In this document: piece after piece, positions 45,902-54,830 of the stretch
How positions within the stretch are numbered: position 1 is the first letter of the stretch
Layout: the number at the start of each line of letters is the position of its first letter
Assembly: GCA_027021335.1 (NCBI GenBank)
Contig: JALUUO010000108.1
Span: 17,383 to 81,382 of the forward strand
DNA: 64,000 bases
From: Nitrospirota bacterium
GTDB taxonomy: Bacteria; Nitrospirota; Thermodesulfovibrionia; SZUA-242
Direction of reading: 5' to 3'
Notes under the pieces: generated by a model
Databases searched by the model: none
The model's input: the letters and a program-made list of their open reading frames with translations, nothing else
What the model was told of the DNA's origin: nothing
Made by a program: the position numbers and the translations under genes

Positions 45902-46599
45902 AGCGGTGTTACAAATCCCTCAAGACCCTCTTTCTCCGTTAAACTACGGCGCTCTTCTATCGCATGGTCCTTGTCGTTGTATCGGCCGATCAGAAGCCTG
46001 TACATGAGTTGGCCGTTTTTGAATTTCTGCACAATAACGGAAACCTCGTATCCCTTGTTTCTGAGTTTTTCAGCAAGTCTTAAAGCATTACGCTCAACCT
46101 TAAAAGCGCCGACCTGAACAGCATATTGCCTGCTGTTATTGTCAGGTAATACCGGGGAAGAGACCAAAGAGTCTGTCTCCTCCGCCATTTCCTCTTTAAT
46201 TATTGCCTCAAAAGGATCTTCAACCTCAATGATCTCCCCCAAGTCATCTTTCGCTTTCTCTTTTACAGTCGTCTCTTCAGATGTCTCCCCAACAGCCTCT
46301 TTAACAATCTTTTCAGCCGGAACATTCTTGGCGTTTTCTTCAGTCACCCGTACAACCGATACAGGTTTTTCAGTATCCGATCCAAGCCGGCCGGCAGATT
46401 CGATATGGTCTATATTTAAATAATAGTAGTAGCCTCCAGCAGCTGTCAGAAATACAATAAATAAGAGCCCACCTATAACAACCTTCTTTCTGCTCTCAAA
46501 ACGGACCGAACGATCCAGGTCTTTCTTAAGTTTCTCTACCGGATCACCAAAGTTAACAGGCCTCTTTTCACCAGGCATAATCGCCCCTTTCAAGTTCAA
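45898..46599 (-). CDS. Membrane-anchored SPOR-domain protein
   Basis: One TM (VVIGGLLFIVFLTAAGGYYYYL), an acidic linker, and a C-terminal SPOR motif YAVQVGAFKVERNALRLAEKLRNKGY...YRLLIGRYNDKDHAIEER. Confidence 0.7.
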   Translation of the reverse strand: MNLKGAIMPGEKRPVNFGDPVEKLKKDLDRSVRFESRKKVVIGGLLFIVFLTAAGGYYYYLNIDHIESAGRLGSDTEKPVSVVRVTEENAKNVPAEKIVKEAVGETSEETTVKEKAKDDLGEIIEVEDPFEAIIKEEMAEETDSLVSSPVLPDNNSRQYAVQVGAFKVERNALRLAEKLRNKGYEVSVIVQKFKNGQLMYRLLIGRYNDKDHAIEERRSLTEKEGLEGFVTPL

Positions 46600-46931
46600 A
46601 AGCTTTCAAAGCACTGCGTCTGTAATCCTTTTGTTCACAGCATCGACACTCAATAGTCATTTTCCATAAATCCACACAACTAATTGTTTTATAAGTGAAA
46701 ATTCATATTAAAAGTCCGGAGGCGGATTAAACAAATTAACAACCCTCATAAGTTATTAACACTAATTGTTTAAAACCGGCACCAAAGACAGTGAAAAAAC
46801 CAACTATAACGCCGCTTAGCATAGATTGCTTAAAAAATAGGCAGTTTTCAGGCATTCCAAAACAGGCTGAAAAAAGGCTTTTTTAAATTTTTTTTAAATT
46901 TTTTTAAAAGTATTTAACTGCGCCAAATCTC

Positions 46932-47714
46932 TCAGTTCCCGGTTGTTTCTTTTATCAAAACAGCCGTAACCGACCCCACCATCACCTGGGTTTGAATTTT
47001 AAGTGGCACATGCCTTGCATTGTCTGTAAGCCAGATCAATATCTTCCCCTTATGTCTAAACAGTCCCTCAGTTGTAAGAGCCGGTTGAACCACAATAGTT
47101 TTAACGGTTCTGCTTACGGTATCTAAGTTCTCACGTCTCAGAATCTTAACCTCAACCTTCTCCATCTTACCGCTGTCAAATATGTTAAGAAAGACCGACT
47201 CCCCTGGTACAAGCTTCAGACTTCTCAGGTATTGAAATCCGGACAGGACATCGTAGTATATTTCTTCTGTATTTTTCTGGTTTTTTTTACCCTTTTGATG
47301 ATCTATATAGCGTATTTTTTTCTTTTCGAAAAATGTTTCCTTGTGACTCCTGTACTTACCCTGCCTAAGCCATGTCTCAAAGTGGAAAGGGACTCCGTCA
47401 CCGCCAAGTTCGCTGTAAGCTCTATCTTCCACCTTGTAGAACTTAGAAATCCAATCCACAGAATCGGCCGCCGATCGTATCATCCTGTTGCTTTCACCTA
47501 TCACCTCAAAAAAAGCCGTGCCGGCTTTTATACCAAGCCAAGAGAGCTCGTACTCAAACCTTTCAACCACCACCGGCTCTACCGAGAGAAAGGCCTTCTC
47601 CTGGGCATAAGTACATGTCGTCAAAAATCCCGAGAAAAATAAGAAACAGAAAAACGCCTGTACCCACAAAAACAGCCAAAGAGTTCGCACTCGACCATAG
47701 CATAGCAGCATCAT
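46932..47714 (-). CDS. DUF3108-like secreted beta-barrel protein
   Basis: Signal peptide, then the YELSWLGIKAGTAFFEV motif typical of DUF3108. Confidence 0.6.
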   Translation of the reverse strand: MMLLCYGRVRTLWLFLWVQAFFCFLFFSGFLTTCTYAQEKAFLSVEPVVVERFEYELSWLGIKAGTAFFEVIGESNRMIRSAADSVDWISKFYKVEDRAYSELGGDGVPFHFETWLRQGKYRSHKETFFEKKKIRYIDHQKGKKNQKNTEEIYYDVLSGFQYLRSLKLVPGESVFLNIFDSGKMEKVEVKILRRENLDTVSRTVKTIVVQPALTTEGLFRHKGKILIWLTDNARHVPLKIQTQVMVGSVTAVLIKETTGN

Positions 47715-47737
47715 ATTAAAATTATAACAGATTGATT

Positions 47738-48544
47738 TTATTGTAATTTAGATCCGAGCAACTTTTTAAAAAGCTCCATGGATTTCAGGTGATCACTTGT
47801 AAGTTCGTAAGAGAGGTTTTCCCAGTAACTTATTAATTCACTTTCGGCCATCCAAGCGCTCTGTGGAGCCAGGGGTGCAAGGGCGGGATATGCAAATTTT
47901 ACCAGATAGCCAACCTTGATTACCTGGCTAGTCAGCATCTGTAGAAGCTTTTTCCTGGGTTCCGTAAGATCCTTTCTCGCAGTCCATAACGCATATACAA
48001 AGGGAAGCCCGGTATGAGCGCTCCAGAGGGTTCCCAGGTCATAAACATGGTTATGCGACAAGCGGTTTTCCTTCAGCGCAGCATCTCCAATCAAAAGAGA
48101 TGCATCAAACCCCTGTAATAAAGCATCTTCTCTTGAGCCTTCCCCAACAGGTGGATCGACCTGAACATATTTTCCTACTTCTACCCCCTCGAACTTTTCA
48201 AAAATAACTTTCAGAAGAAGAGCCGAAGTGGCTGAGTGCGAACTAATAGATATGGTTTTCCCCTCCAGTTTTTTCAACGGATATTTCGAAAATAACAGAA
48301 TACTGCCGGAAGGGCCGATCGAGCTTACAGATTGTCCGGCAATATACTCATACAAGTCGGGGTGAGCCAGGTACTCCACCGAGGACGACGGACTTACATC
48401 CAGATCACCTCTGAGAAGCATTTTGTTAAGGGTAGCGGGCACCCCCTGAATGAAATCGTACTTCGAACAGTCAAAGTGTTGTTTCAGTGTATAAAAAACA
48501 GGAAAAAGATTGGCATAACATATCTCTCCAACTCTTAGCCTCAT
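47738..48544 (-). CDS. mqnA: Futalosine-pathway chorismate dehydratase MqnA (menaquinone biosynthesis)
   Basis: MRLRVGEICYANLFPVFYTL, DVSPSSSVEY and LPFVYALWTARKD (MqnA/MqnD SBP-like family). Confidence 0.65.
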   Translation of the reverse strand: MRLRVGEICYANLFPVFYTLKQHFDCSKYDFIQGVPATLNKMLLRGDLDVSPSSSVEYLAHPDLYEYIAGQSVSSIGPSGSILLFSKYPLKKLEGKTISISSHSATSALLLKVIFEKFEGVEVGKYVQVDPPVGEGSREDALLQGFDASLLIGDAALKENRLSHNHVYDLGTLWSAHTGLPFVYALWTARKDLTEPRKKLLQMLTSQVIKVGYLVKFAYPALAPLAPQSAWMAESELISYWENLSYELTSDHLKSMELFKKLLGSKLQ

Positions 48545-49986
48545 CCCTTTATCACCCCTAGAGGCCTTAACCTCGCCACTTTCCTGGAGATTCCGGCATA
48601 GTGAACAGTATCAACAATATCAGATATATCTTTATAGGCATCGCTCATCTCCTCTGCCAAAGTTCTCCGGCTTGCAGAAAGAGCGAATATTCCCCGATCC
48701 TCCAGCTCCCTCCATATGGCACGGCCCTTGGCACGCTTGACCGCCTGGTGACGGGAAAGAAGCCGGCCCGCCCCATGGCATGTAGAGCCGAAAGTCTCCT
48801 CCATCGCCTTTTGCGTGCCCAGAAGCAGGTACGATGCCCTTCCCATATCACCCGGAATCAGAACCGGCTGTCCTATATTTTTAAAAACACCCGCAAGCTC
48901 CGGATGGCCTGGAGGAAATGCCCTGGTCGCTCCTTTCCGGTGAACCAGAAGATCTACGTTTTTACCGCTTACAGTATGTTTTTCTATTTTGGCGATGTTA
49001 TGGGCAACATCGTAAAGCAAATTCAGACCGAGATCACGCCTTGACAACTTGAAAAAAGCCATTAACACTTCTCTTGTCCGATCCATTATTGTCTGCCTGT
49101 TAGCCCACGCAAAGTTAGCAGCAGCCTTCATTGCTCTAAAATAGCGCTGTGCCTCTTCGGATGAAACAGGAGCGCATGCAAGCTCACGGTCTGGAAGATA
49201 AATACCGTACTTTCTGGAGGCCTGTTCCATTACCTTTAAAAAATCCGTACATACCTGGTGACCAAGCCCTCTTGAGCCACAGTGCACCATAACAGTAACC
49301 TGGCCTTCGAAAAGGCCGAGCTTTTCTGCCGCTGCCTTATCAAAGATTTCATCCACATACTGCACTTCAAGAAAATGGTTTCCGGCCCCAAGAGTGCCCA
49401 GCTGATCACACCCGCGTTTATAGGCTTTATCACTCACCTCGGCGGGGTCTGCACCTTCCATAGCCCCACCTGATTCCGTATGCTCAAGATCCGAAGGATC
49501 GCCGCAACCATGTTCAACACTCCATGCAGCTCCACGCAGCAGCAGGTTCTTCTCATCTTTACGGGACAGATGCAGCCTTCCTTTGGATCCTACTCCCGAG
49601 GGAATTTCGCTGAAAAGAAGGCTGACAAGGTCTTTAAGGCGGGGAAGAATATCGGACTTAAGTAGATTTGTCTTCATCAGCCGGACACCGCAGTTTATAT
49701 CATAACCCACCCCGCCGGGCGAAATTACACCACTATCAGCATCCATAGCAAGCACACCACCGATCGTAAAGCCGTAACCGGCATGTATATCCGGCATGGC
49801 AAGAGCAGCTTTTACAACCCCGGGAAGAGTGGCGGTATTAGCCACCTGCCGTATGGCCTGTTCTTCCAGTGATCCGATCAGTTTCGAGTTTGAGTAGATA
49901 ATGCCGGGCACGCGCATACCGCTTACATATCCGGATGGAACCTCCCATCGGTAGTCATCCAGCCTGCGAATACGCTCAGCCATCAT
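48541..49986 (-). CDS. rtcB: RNA-splicing ligase RtcB
   Basis: GGVGYDINCGVR, GAGNHFLE, HCGSRGLGHQV, GDMG and CHGAGR. All metal/GMP-His motifs are present. Confidence 0.95.
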   Translation of the reverse strand: MMAERIRRLDDYRWEVPSGYVSGMRVPGIIYSNSKLIGSLEEQAIRQVANTATLPGVVKAALAMPDIHAGYGFTIGGVLAMDADSGVISPGGVGYDINCGVRLMKTNLLKSDILPRLKDLVSLLFSEIPSGVGSKGRLHLSRKDEKNLLLRGAAWSVEHGCGDPSDLEHTESGGAMEGADPAEVSDKAYKRGCDQLGTLGAGNHFLEVQYVDEIFDKAAAEKLGLFEGQVTVMVHCGSRGLGHQVCTDFLKVMEQASRKYGIYLPDRELACAPVSSEEAQRYFRAMKAAANFAWANRQTIMDRTREVLMAFFKLSRRDLGLNLLYDVAHNIAKIEKHTVSGKNVDLLVHRKGATRAFPPGHPELAGVFKNIGQPVLIPGDMGRASYLLLGTQKAMEETFGSTCHGAGRLLSRHQAVKRAKGRAIWRELEDRGIFALSASRRTLAEEMSDAYKDISDIVDTVHYAGISRKVARLRPLGVIKG

Positions 49987-50001
49987 TCACCCATTACTTA
50001 T

Positions 50002-50541
50002 TTATTCCTTTTCCTTAGGCCTCATTAAATTTTTGGCCTTCTGCTCCACCTGGCGTGCCATCTTTTTCTTAAAAGCATGAAGTGAATCAGCCACCCCGGA
50101 ATTCGAGCGGGCAATAATCTGAGAAGCAAGTATCGCCGCATTCTTTGCACCCGCCCTACCTATGCTAACAGTAGCAACAGGAACTCCAGGAGGCATCTGT
50201 ACCGTGGAGAGAAGCGCATCCATACCTTTAAGCGATGAGGCGTCCATGGGAACACCTATAACAGGAAGAATCGTATGCGCAGCCAGAACCCCGGCAAGAT
50301 GAGCAGCCATACCGGCTCCGGCAATAATCACGGCAAAACCACGTTTTTCCGCGCCTGAAGCAAGGCGCATAGCCCTGGCCGGAGTTCGGTGAGCAGAAGC
50401 AACTGTCATCTCAAACGAAATACTAAACTCGTTCAGAAGCTTTGCAGCCTCCTGCATTACAGGCAGATCAGAATCACTGCCCATTACTATTAGAACTTTT
50501 GGTTTATCAGACTTAACCTGTAGAGTCTTACCCATAATCAT
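50002..50541 (-). CDS. purE: N5-carboxyaminoimidazole ribonucleotide mutase
   Basis: [14 protein letters not shown] and [28 protein letters not shown]. Confidence 0.9.
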   Translation of the reverse strand: MIMGKTLQVKSDKPKVLIVMGSDSDLPVMQEAAKLLNEFSISFEMTVASAHRTPARAMRLASGAEKRGFAVIIAGAGMAAHLAGVLAAHTILPVIGVPMDASSLKGMDALLSTVQMPPGVPVATVSIGRAGAKNAAILASQIIARSNSGVADSLHAFKKKMARQVEQKAKNLMRPKEKE

Positions 50542-50550
50542 CCCTACTTT

Positions 50551-51834
50551 CTACTTTTCTACTTTTACAAGCGCCCTTGCGCCGATATCCTTCCGGTACT
50601 GAACACCATCCCATGAAATGACGGAGACAGCCTCGTATGCCCGCTTGATTGCAGCGCTCATATCACCGGCAAGCGCGGTTACACCAAGCACTCTTCCACC
50701 CGAAGTAACCACATTCTCTTTTTCATAAACTGTTCCGGCATGAAAAACAGTCACATCTTCCATCTGCGAGGCGGCGTCAAGTCCATCTATGATCTTACCC
50801 TTAGCATAGGGACCGGGATAACCTTCTGCCGCCATAACAACACAGACTGCGGGCTTGTCCTTCCAGGCCATATTCACAGTTGAAAGGTTACCATCAACAG
50901 ATGCGTTCATAAGCTCGTACAGGTCATAGTCCATGCGTGCCAGAATCGGCTGGGCCTCTGGATCGCCGAAACGGCAGTTAAACTCGAGCACCATGGGCTT
51001 GCCATCAACTATCATCAATCCCGCATAAAGAACACCTTTAAATACAGTTCCACTTTTCTTTATTCCCTCAACCACGGGCTTCATCACCGTTTGCATTATT
51101 TCATCGGTCAAGATATCGTCAATAATTGGCGCGGGACTATAAGCCCCCATGCCCCCGGTGTTCGGGCCTCTGTCTCTGTCGAATATACGTTTATGATCCT
51201 GGGAAGAGGCAAGTGGAAGCAGAGTTTCTCCATCAGAGATCGCCATAAACGATGCCTCTTCTCCCTTCAGGCATTCCTCCACAATAACCTTGTCTCCGGC
51301 TTCACCAAATATCCTATCTTTCATCGCCTTTTTAAGCGCATCCACAGCCTCGTCCACTGTTGAGCAGACAAAAACCCCTTTACCGGCGGCAAGACCATCA
51401 ACCTTAATTACAATAGGGGCGCCTTTTAATCTCACATACTCTTCTGCATGCAGATAGGAAGAAAACACCTTGTATTCGGCCGTTGGTATACCGTTGTCAC
51501 GCATGAAATCTTTTGCAAACCGCTTGCTTCCCTCAAGACGCGCAGCAGCCTTTTCAGGACCAAACACCCTAAGATTCTCCTTCTGAAAGGCATCGACAAT
51601 CCCCTTGGCAAGCGGAACCTCAGGACCGACCACGGTAAGATCTATCTGCTCATACTTGGCAAACTCCCTGAGAGAGTAGATATCATCCGCCTTTATATCC
51701 AGGCACTCAGCCTGGCTGGAAATACCTGCGTTACCAGGGGCACAGTACAGCTTGCCGACTCTGGAACTCTGAGCCAATTTCCAGACCAGTGCGTGTTCAC
51801 GCCCTCCCCCGCCTACTACTAGTACTTTATCCAT
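50551..51834 (-). CDS. purD: Phosphoribosylamine-glycine ligase
   Basis: MDKVLVVGGGGREHALVWKL, APGNAGI and EFNCRFGDPE. Confidence 0.95.
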   Translation of the reverse strand: MDKVLVVGGGGREHALVWKLAQSSRVGKLYCAPGNAGISSQAECLDIKADDIYSLREFAKYEQIDLTVVGPEVPLAKGIVDAFQKENLRVFGPEKAAARLEGSKRFAKDFMRDNGIPTAEYKVFSSYLHAEEYVRLKGAPIVIKVDGLAAGKGVFVCSTVDEAVDALKKAMKDRIFGEAGDKVIVEECLKGEEASFMAISDGETLLPLASSQDHKRIFDRDRGPNTGGMGAYSPAPIIDDILTDEIMQTVMKPVVEGIKKSGTVFKGVLYAGLMIVDGKPMVLEFNCRFGDPEAQPILARMDYDLYELMNASVDGNLSTVNMAWKDKPAVCVVMAAEGYPGPYAKGKIIDGLDAASQMEDVTVFHAGTVYEKENVVTSGGRVLGVTALAGDMSAAIKRAYEAVSVISWDGVQYRKDIGARALVKVEK

Positions 51835-51837
51835 ATC

Positions 51838-52725
51838 CTAAACCACAATTTCGGTGCCAACACCTTCGCTGGTAAAAACCTCCAGAAGAAGACCGTGCGG
51901 CACCCTGCCATCTATAATATGTACCTTAGGCACACCGGCTGTAAGAGCCTTAAGCGAGGCATCAACCTTCGGCAGCATGCCTCCGCTTATAGTTCCGTCT
52001 TTTATAAGCCTGCCTATCTTCTTCTTATCAAGAGCAGGAATCAATCTTTCTTTCCTGTCAATAATTCCCGGAGAATCCGTAAGCAGCATCAGCTTCTCGG
52101 CACCAACCGCCACCGCCACTGCCGAGGCTACGTAGTCAGCATTTATATTGAATGTCTCACCTTTCGGTCCCACTCCCACCGGCGCAATCACCGGAATAAA
52201 ATTGCTCTCTTCCAGTACAGTTAGCACTTGTGGCTCTATGCCTTCAACCTCTCCAACCAACCCAAGGTCCATAATCTCCGGCGCTCCTGTGCCGGACTCT
52301 TTCGTTGACTTACGAACAATCTTTTTTTTGGCCCTTATTAATCCGCCGTCCTTGCCGGAAAGCCCAATGGCCCGGCCGCCATGACTGTTAATAAAGTAGA
52401 CTATTTCTTTATTTACAAGGCCACCCAGAACCATCTCGACGATATCCATCGTATCTTTATCAGTAAAGCGCTGGCCATGTATAAATGTCGGCTTCTTGCC
52501 CATGCGCTCCATGGTCATCGAGATTTTCGGGCCGCCGCCGTGTACCACTACCGGCCTTATACCGATGAAACTAAGAAGTACAATATCCTGTGCAAACGAC
52601 TCTTTAAGGGAATCTTCGACCATGGCTGCGCCGCCGTACTTGATAACCACGGTCTTGCCTGAAAAACTCCGGATATACGGCAGGGCATCTATAAGTACCT
52701 TGGCCTTTTGGAGGGATTCTTTCAC
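51838..52725 (-). CDS. argB: Acetylglutamate kinase
   Basis: VVIKYGGAAM, VVVHGGGP and FNINADYVA. Confidence 0.95.
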   Translation of the reverse strand: MKESLQKAKVLIDALPYIRSFSGKTVVIKYGGAAMVEDSLKESFAQDIVLLSFIGIRPVVVHGGGPKISMTMERMGKKPTFIHGQRFTDKDTMDIVEMVLGGLVNKEIVYFINSHGGRAIGLSGKDGGLIRAKKKIVRKSTKESGTGAPEIMDLGLVGEVEGIEPQVLTVLEESNFIPVIAPVGVGPKGETFNINADYVASAVAVAVGAEKLMLLTDSPGIIDRKERLIPALDKKKIGRLIKDGTISGGMLPKVDASLKALTAGVPKVHIIDGRVPHGLLLEVFTSEGVGTEIVV

Positions 52726-52742
52726 ACTTCTTTCAGCTTAGC

Positions 52743-53324
52743 CTACTCAACCGTGAGGGTAGCTTCCTCGACAATCACATCATAGGTATAGCCTGCGCCA
52801 AGATCTTTATTGATCACCACGGTACCTGCCACCAGCACAATATCTCCCACATTAACAGTATCACTGGTGGTGACCGTAAGATCATTAGTGCCACTGGCCG
52901 CTTCACCAGTGCCATCTTGCAGGTGAACCCAGTTTCTACCCATAATCATGGGTGAAAATTTCATAACCTTGCCTCGAACGGTAATCTTTTTACCCTCCAG
53001 CTTATCCTTGTTAGCAAAAATATCTCCAATAGTACCGCTGTCAGCTTTTTCTATGCTTCCGGCAGCCGGAGCCGATATGCCGTTAACTGTCTTCTTGAGT
53101 GGCGGATGTTCTTTAATTACTGTTTCGGATGTCGCAGGCGGGGCCTGATTTTCAGTGGACGGCGGTGGCGTAGGAGCTTCCTTCAGTGCAGGGCCTTTGT
53201 CGGAACAACCTATAAATACAACCAATGTAGATGCTGCAAGCATCAACCCTAATATGCTTTTCACAAGAATCCTCCTTAACTCTACGGTTTCGGTGAGAAT
53301 AACATATCTGAGCACCTGCTTCAA
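52743..53324 (-). CDS. Lipoprotein of unknown function (possible OB-fold C-terminal domain)
   Basis: Lipobox VFIGC, a Pro/Thr-rich linker, and a C-terminal about 90-aa beta-rich domain (KITVRGKVMKFSPMIMGRNWVHLQDG). Confidence 0.45.
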   Translation of the reverse strand: MKQVLRYVILTETVELRRILVKSILGLMLAASTLVVFIGCSDKGPALKEAPTPPPSTENQAPPATSETVIKEHPPLKKTVNGISAPAAGSIEKADSGTIGDIFANKDKLEGKKITVRGKVMKFSPMIMGRNWVHLQDGTGEAASGTNDLTVTTSDTVNVGDIVLVAGTVVINKDLGAGYTYDVIVEEATLTVE

Positions 53325-53337
53325 GAATCAGAGGCTT

Positions 53338-54084
53338 TTATGAGGATGACAAAAGGCTTGCGGCTTCCTCGTCGAGGAGGAATTCAACGGTTCCGGCCAC
53401 CGGACATACCATGGATGCCGGAAGTTCCTCGCTGACATCTTCCTCAATAAGTTTCTTTACCATAGCGGCCTTCGACCCACCGGAAACCAGAAAGACAACT
53501 CTTGCTGAAGCGTTCAGCGCGGGAAATGTAAGGGTGACCCTGGCAGGTCCCGGAATCCCAGGTTTTAACACCGGAGCAACAATCTTCCTTTGCTCCTTAA
53601 GAACCGGTGAGCCGGGAAAAAGCGAAGCCGTATGGCCATCGACACCAAGGCCAAGAAGCACAAGATCGAACCGGACCTTCTCTATTCCGCCGAAATGCTC
53701 CTCTATGACCGACGTGTAAAGCTCCGCAGCCCGGGCCGGTTCCTGCTCGCCTGCGATTCGGTGAATATTATTTTCAGGCTGATCCAGCTCCCGCAGCATG
53801 GCATTGTACGTCATATTGTAATTACTGCCAGGCTGGTCCGGAGGCACACAGCGTTCGTCACTCCAGAAAAAATGAACTTTTGACCAGTCAATACTGCGGC
53901 CCACAGGCCCGGATGCAAGGAGATTATACAGATCTTTTGGCGTACTGCCTCCGGAAAGCACAACAGAGAACCTATCCAAAAACTGTATGGATTCCGTATG
54001 GATTTCTTTAAACCTATCAGCCGCACCGCGGAAAAGGCTGTCAGAGTCAGGGTAAATTGTGACTTTAGGTTTAGATAGAGTCAT
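53338..54084 (-). CDS. pgl: 6-phosphogluconolactonase
   Basis: LSGGSTP, FWSDERCVP and LLGLGVDGHTASLFP. Confidence 0.9.
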   Translation of the reverse strand: MTLSKPKVTIYPDSDSLFRGAADRFKEIHTESIQFLDRFSVVLSGGSTPKDLYNLLASGPVGRSIDWSKVHFFWSDERCVPPDQPGSNYNMTYNAMLRELDQPENNIHRIAGEQEPARAAELYTSVIEEHFGGIEKVRFDLVLLGLGVDGHTASLFPGSPVLKEQRKIVAPVLKPGIPGPARVTLTFPALNASARVVFLVSGGSKAAMVKKLIEEDVSEELPASMVCPVAGTVEFLLDEEAASLLSSS

Positions 54085-54419
54085 ATTTTATTATACCTAA
54101 TCGTATTATGAAATATGCGTCCGTCAGAACATTCATCTCCCCATAACCGGTTTTTAAAATCCGAGCAAGTGGACTTGCAGACAGTTATGAAACCCAACAG
54201 AGTATGTAGTCTATTCCATAACTTAAGAAACTATATTGATGCTCAAATAAAAAGTCGGCAAACTGTTTCCATAACTTGATGCCTGGCAGCCATAGATCAG
54301 CATGAACGTTAAAGGTAGGTGGTGCCAACGCACTTGACCTCCTGTAGATGCATGTGTCTTTATATCAACAAAGTAAATTTAGTGCTTTTTTGCCTAAAGA
54401 CCACTAAGATAGTGGAGTA

Positions 54420-54830
54420 ATGAGTATGCAACCTATGGAAATAGTTCTTGCGAAGTATAATTACTGGATCTATGTCCTTTTGATGATGATCGGACTGTAT
54501 GCCATGTTGTCCAAAAACAATCTGGTAAAAAAGATCATTGGAATGAGCGTGTTTCAAGCTGCGATTATGGTTTTCTACGTCTCTATCGGAGCAAAACAAG
54601 GCGCTACAATTCCAATTATCGAAGATGACCCCATTACCGGGCATATTCATGAAGCTGCCGCGCAAACAATTAATGCAATGCACTATGTTAACCCGCTACC
54701 CCATGTGCTGATGCTTACCGCTATTGTGGTTTCAGTAAGCACACTTGGAGTGGCACTTGCTATCATAATCGGAATTCATAAACAATACGGCACAATTGAG
54801 GAAGATGAAATCCTGGAGCAGATACGATGA
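54420..54830 (+). CDS. MrpC/MnhC (NuoK-like) cation:proton antiporter subunit with an inserted loop
   Basis: 136 aa. The N-terminal helices and NPLPHVLMLTAIVVSVSTLGVALAII match MnhC/NuoK. An extra loop of about 25 aa (PIIEDDPITGHIHEAAAQTINAM) is present. Confidence 0.75.
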   Translation: MSMQPMEIVLAKYNYWIYVLLMMIGLYAMLSKNNLVKKIIGMSVFQAAIMVFYVSIGAKQGATIPIIEDDPITGHIHEAAAQTINAMHYVNPLPHVLMLTAIVVSVSTLGVALAIIIGIHKQYGTIEEDEILEQIR

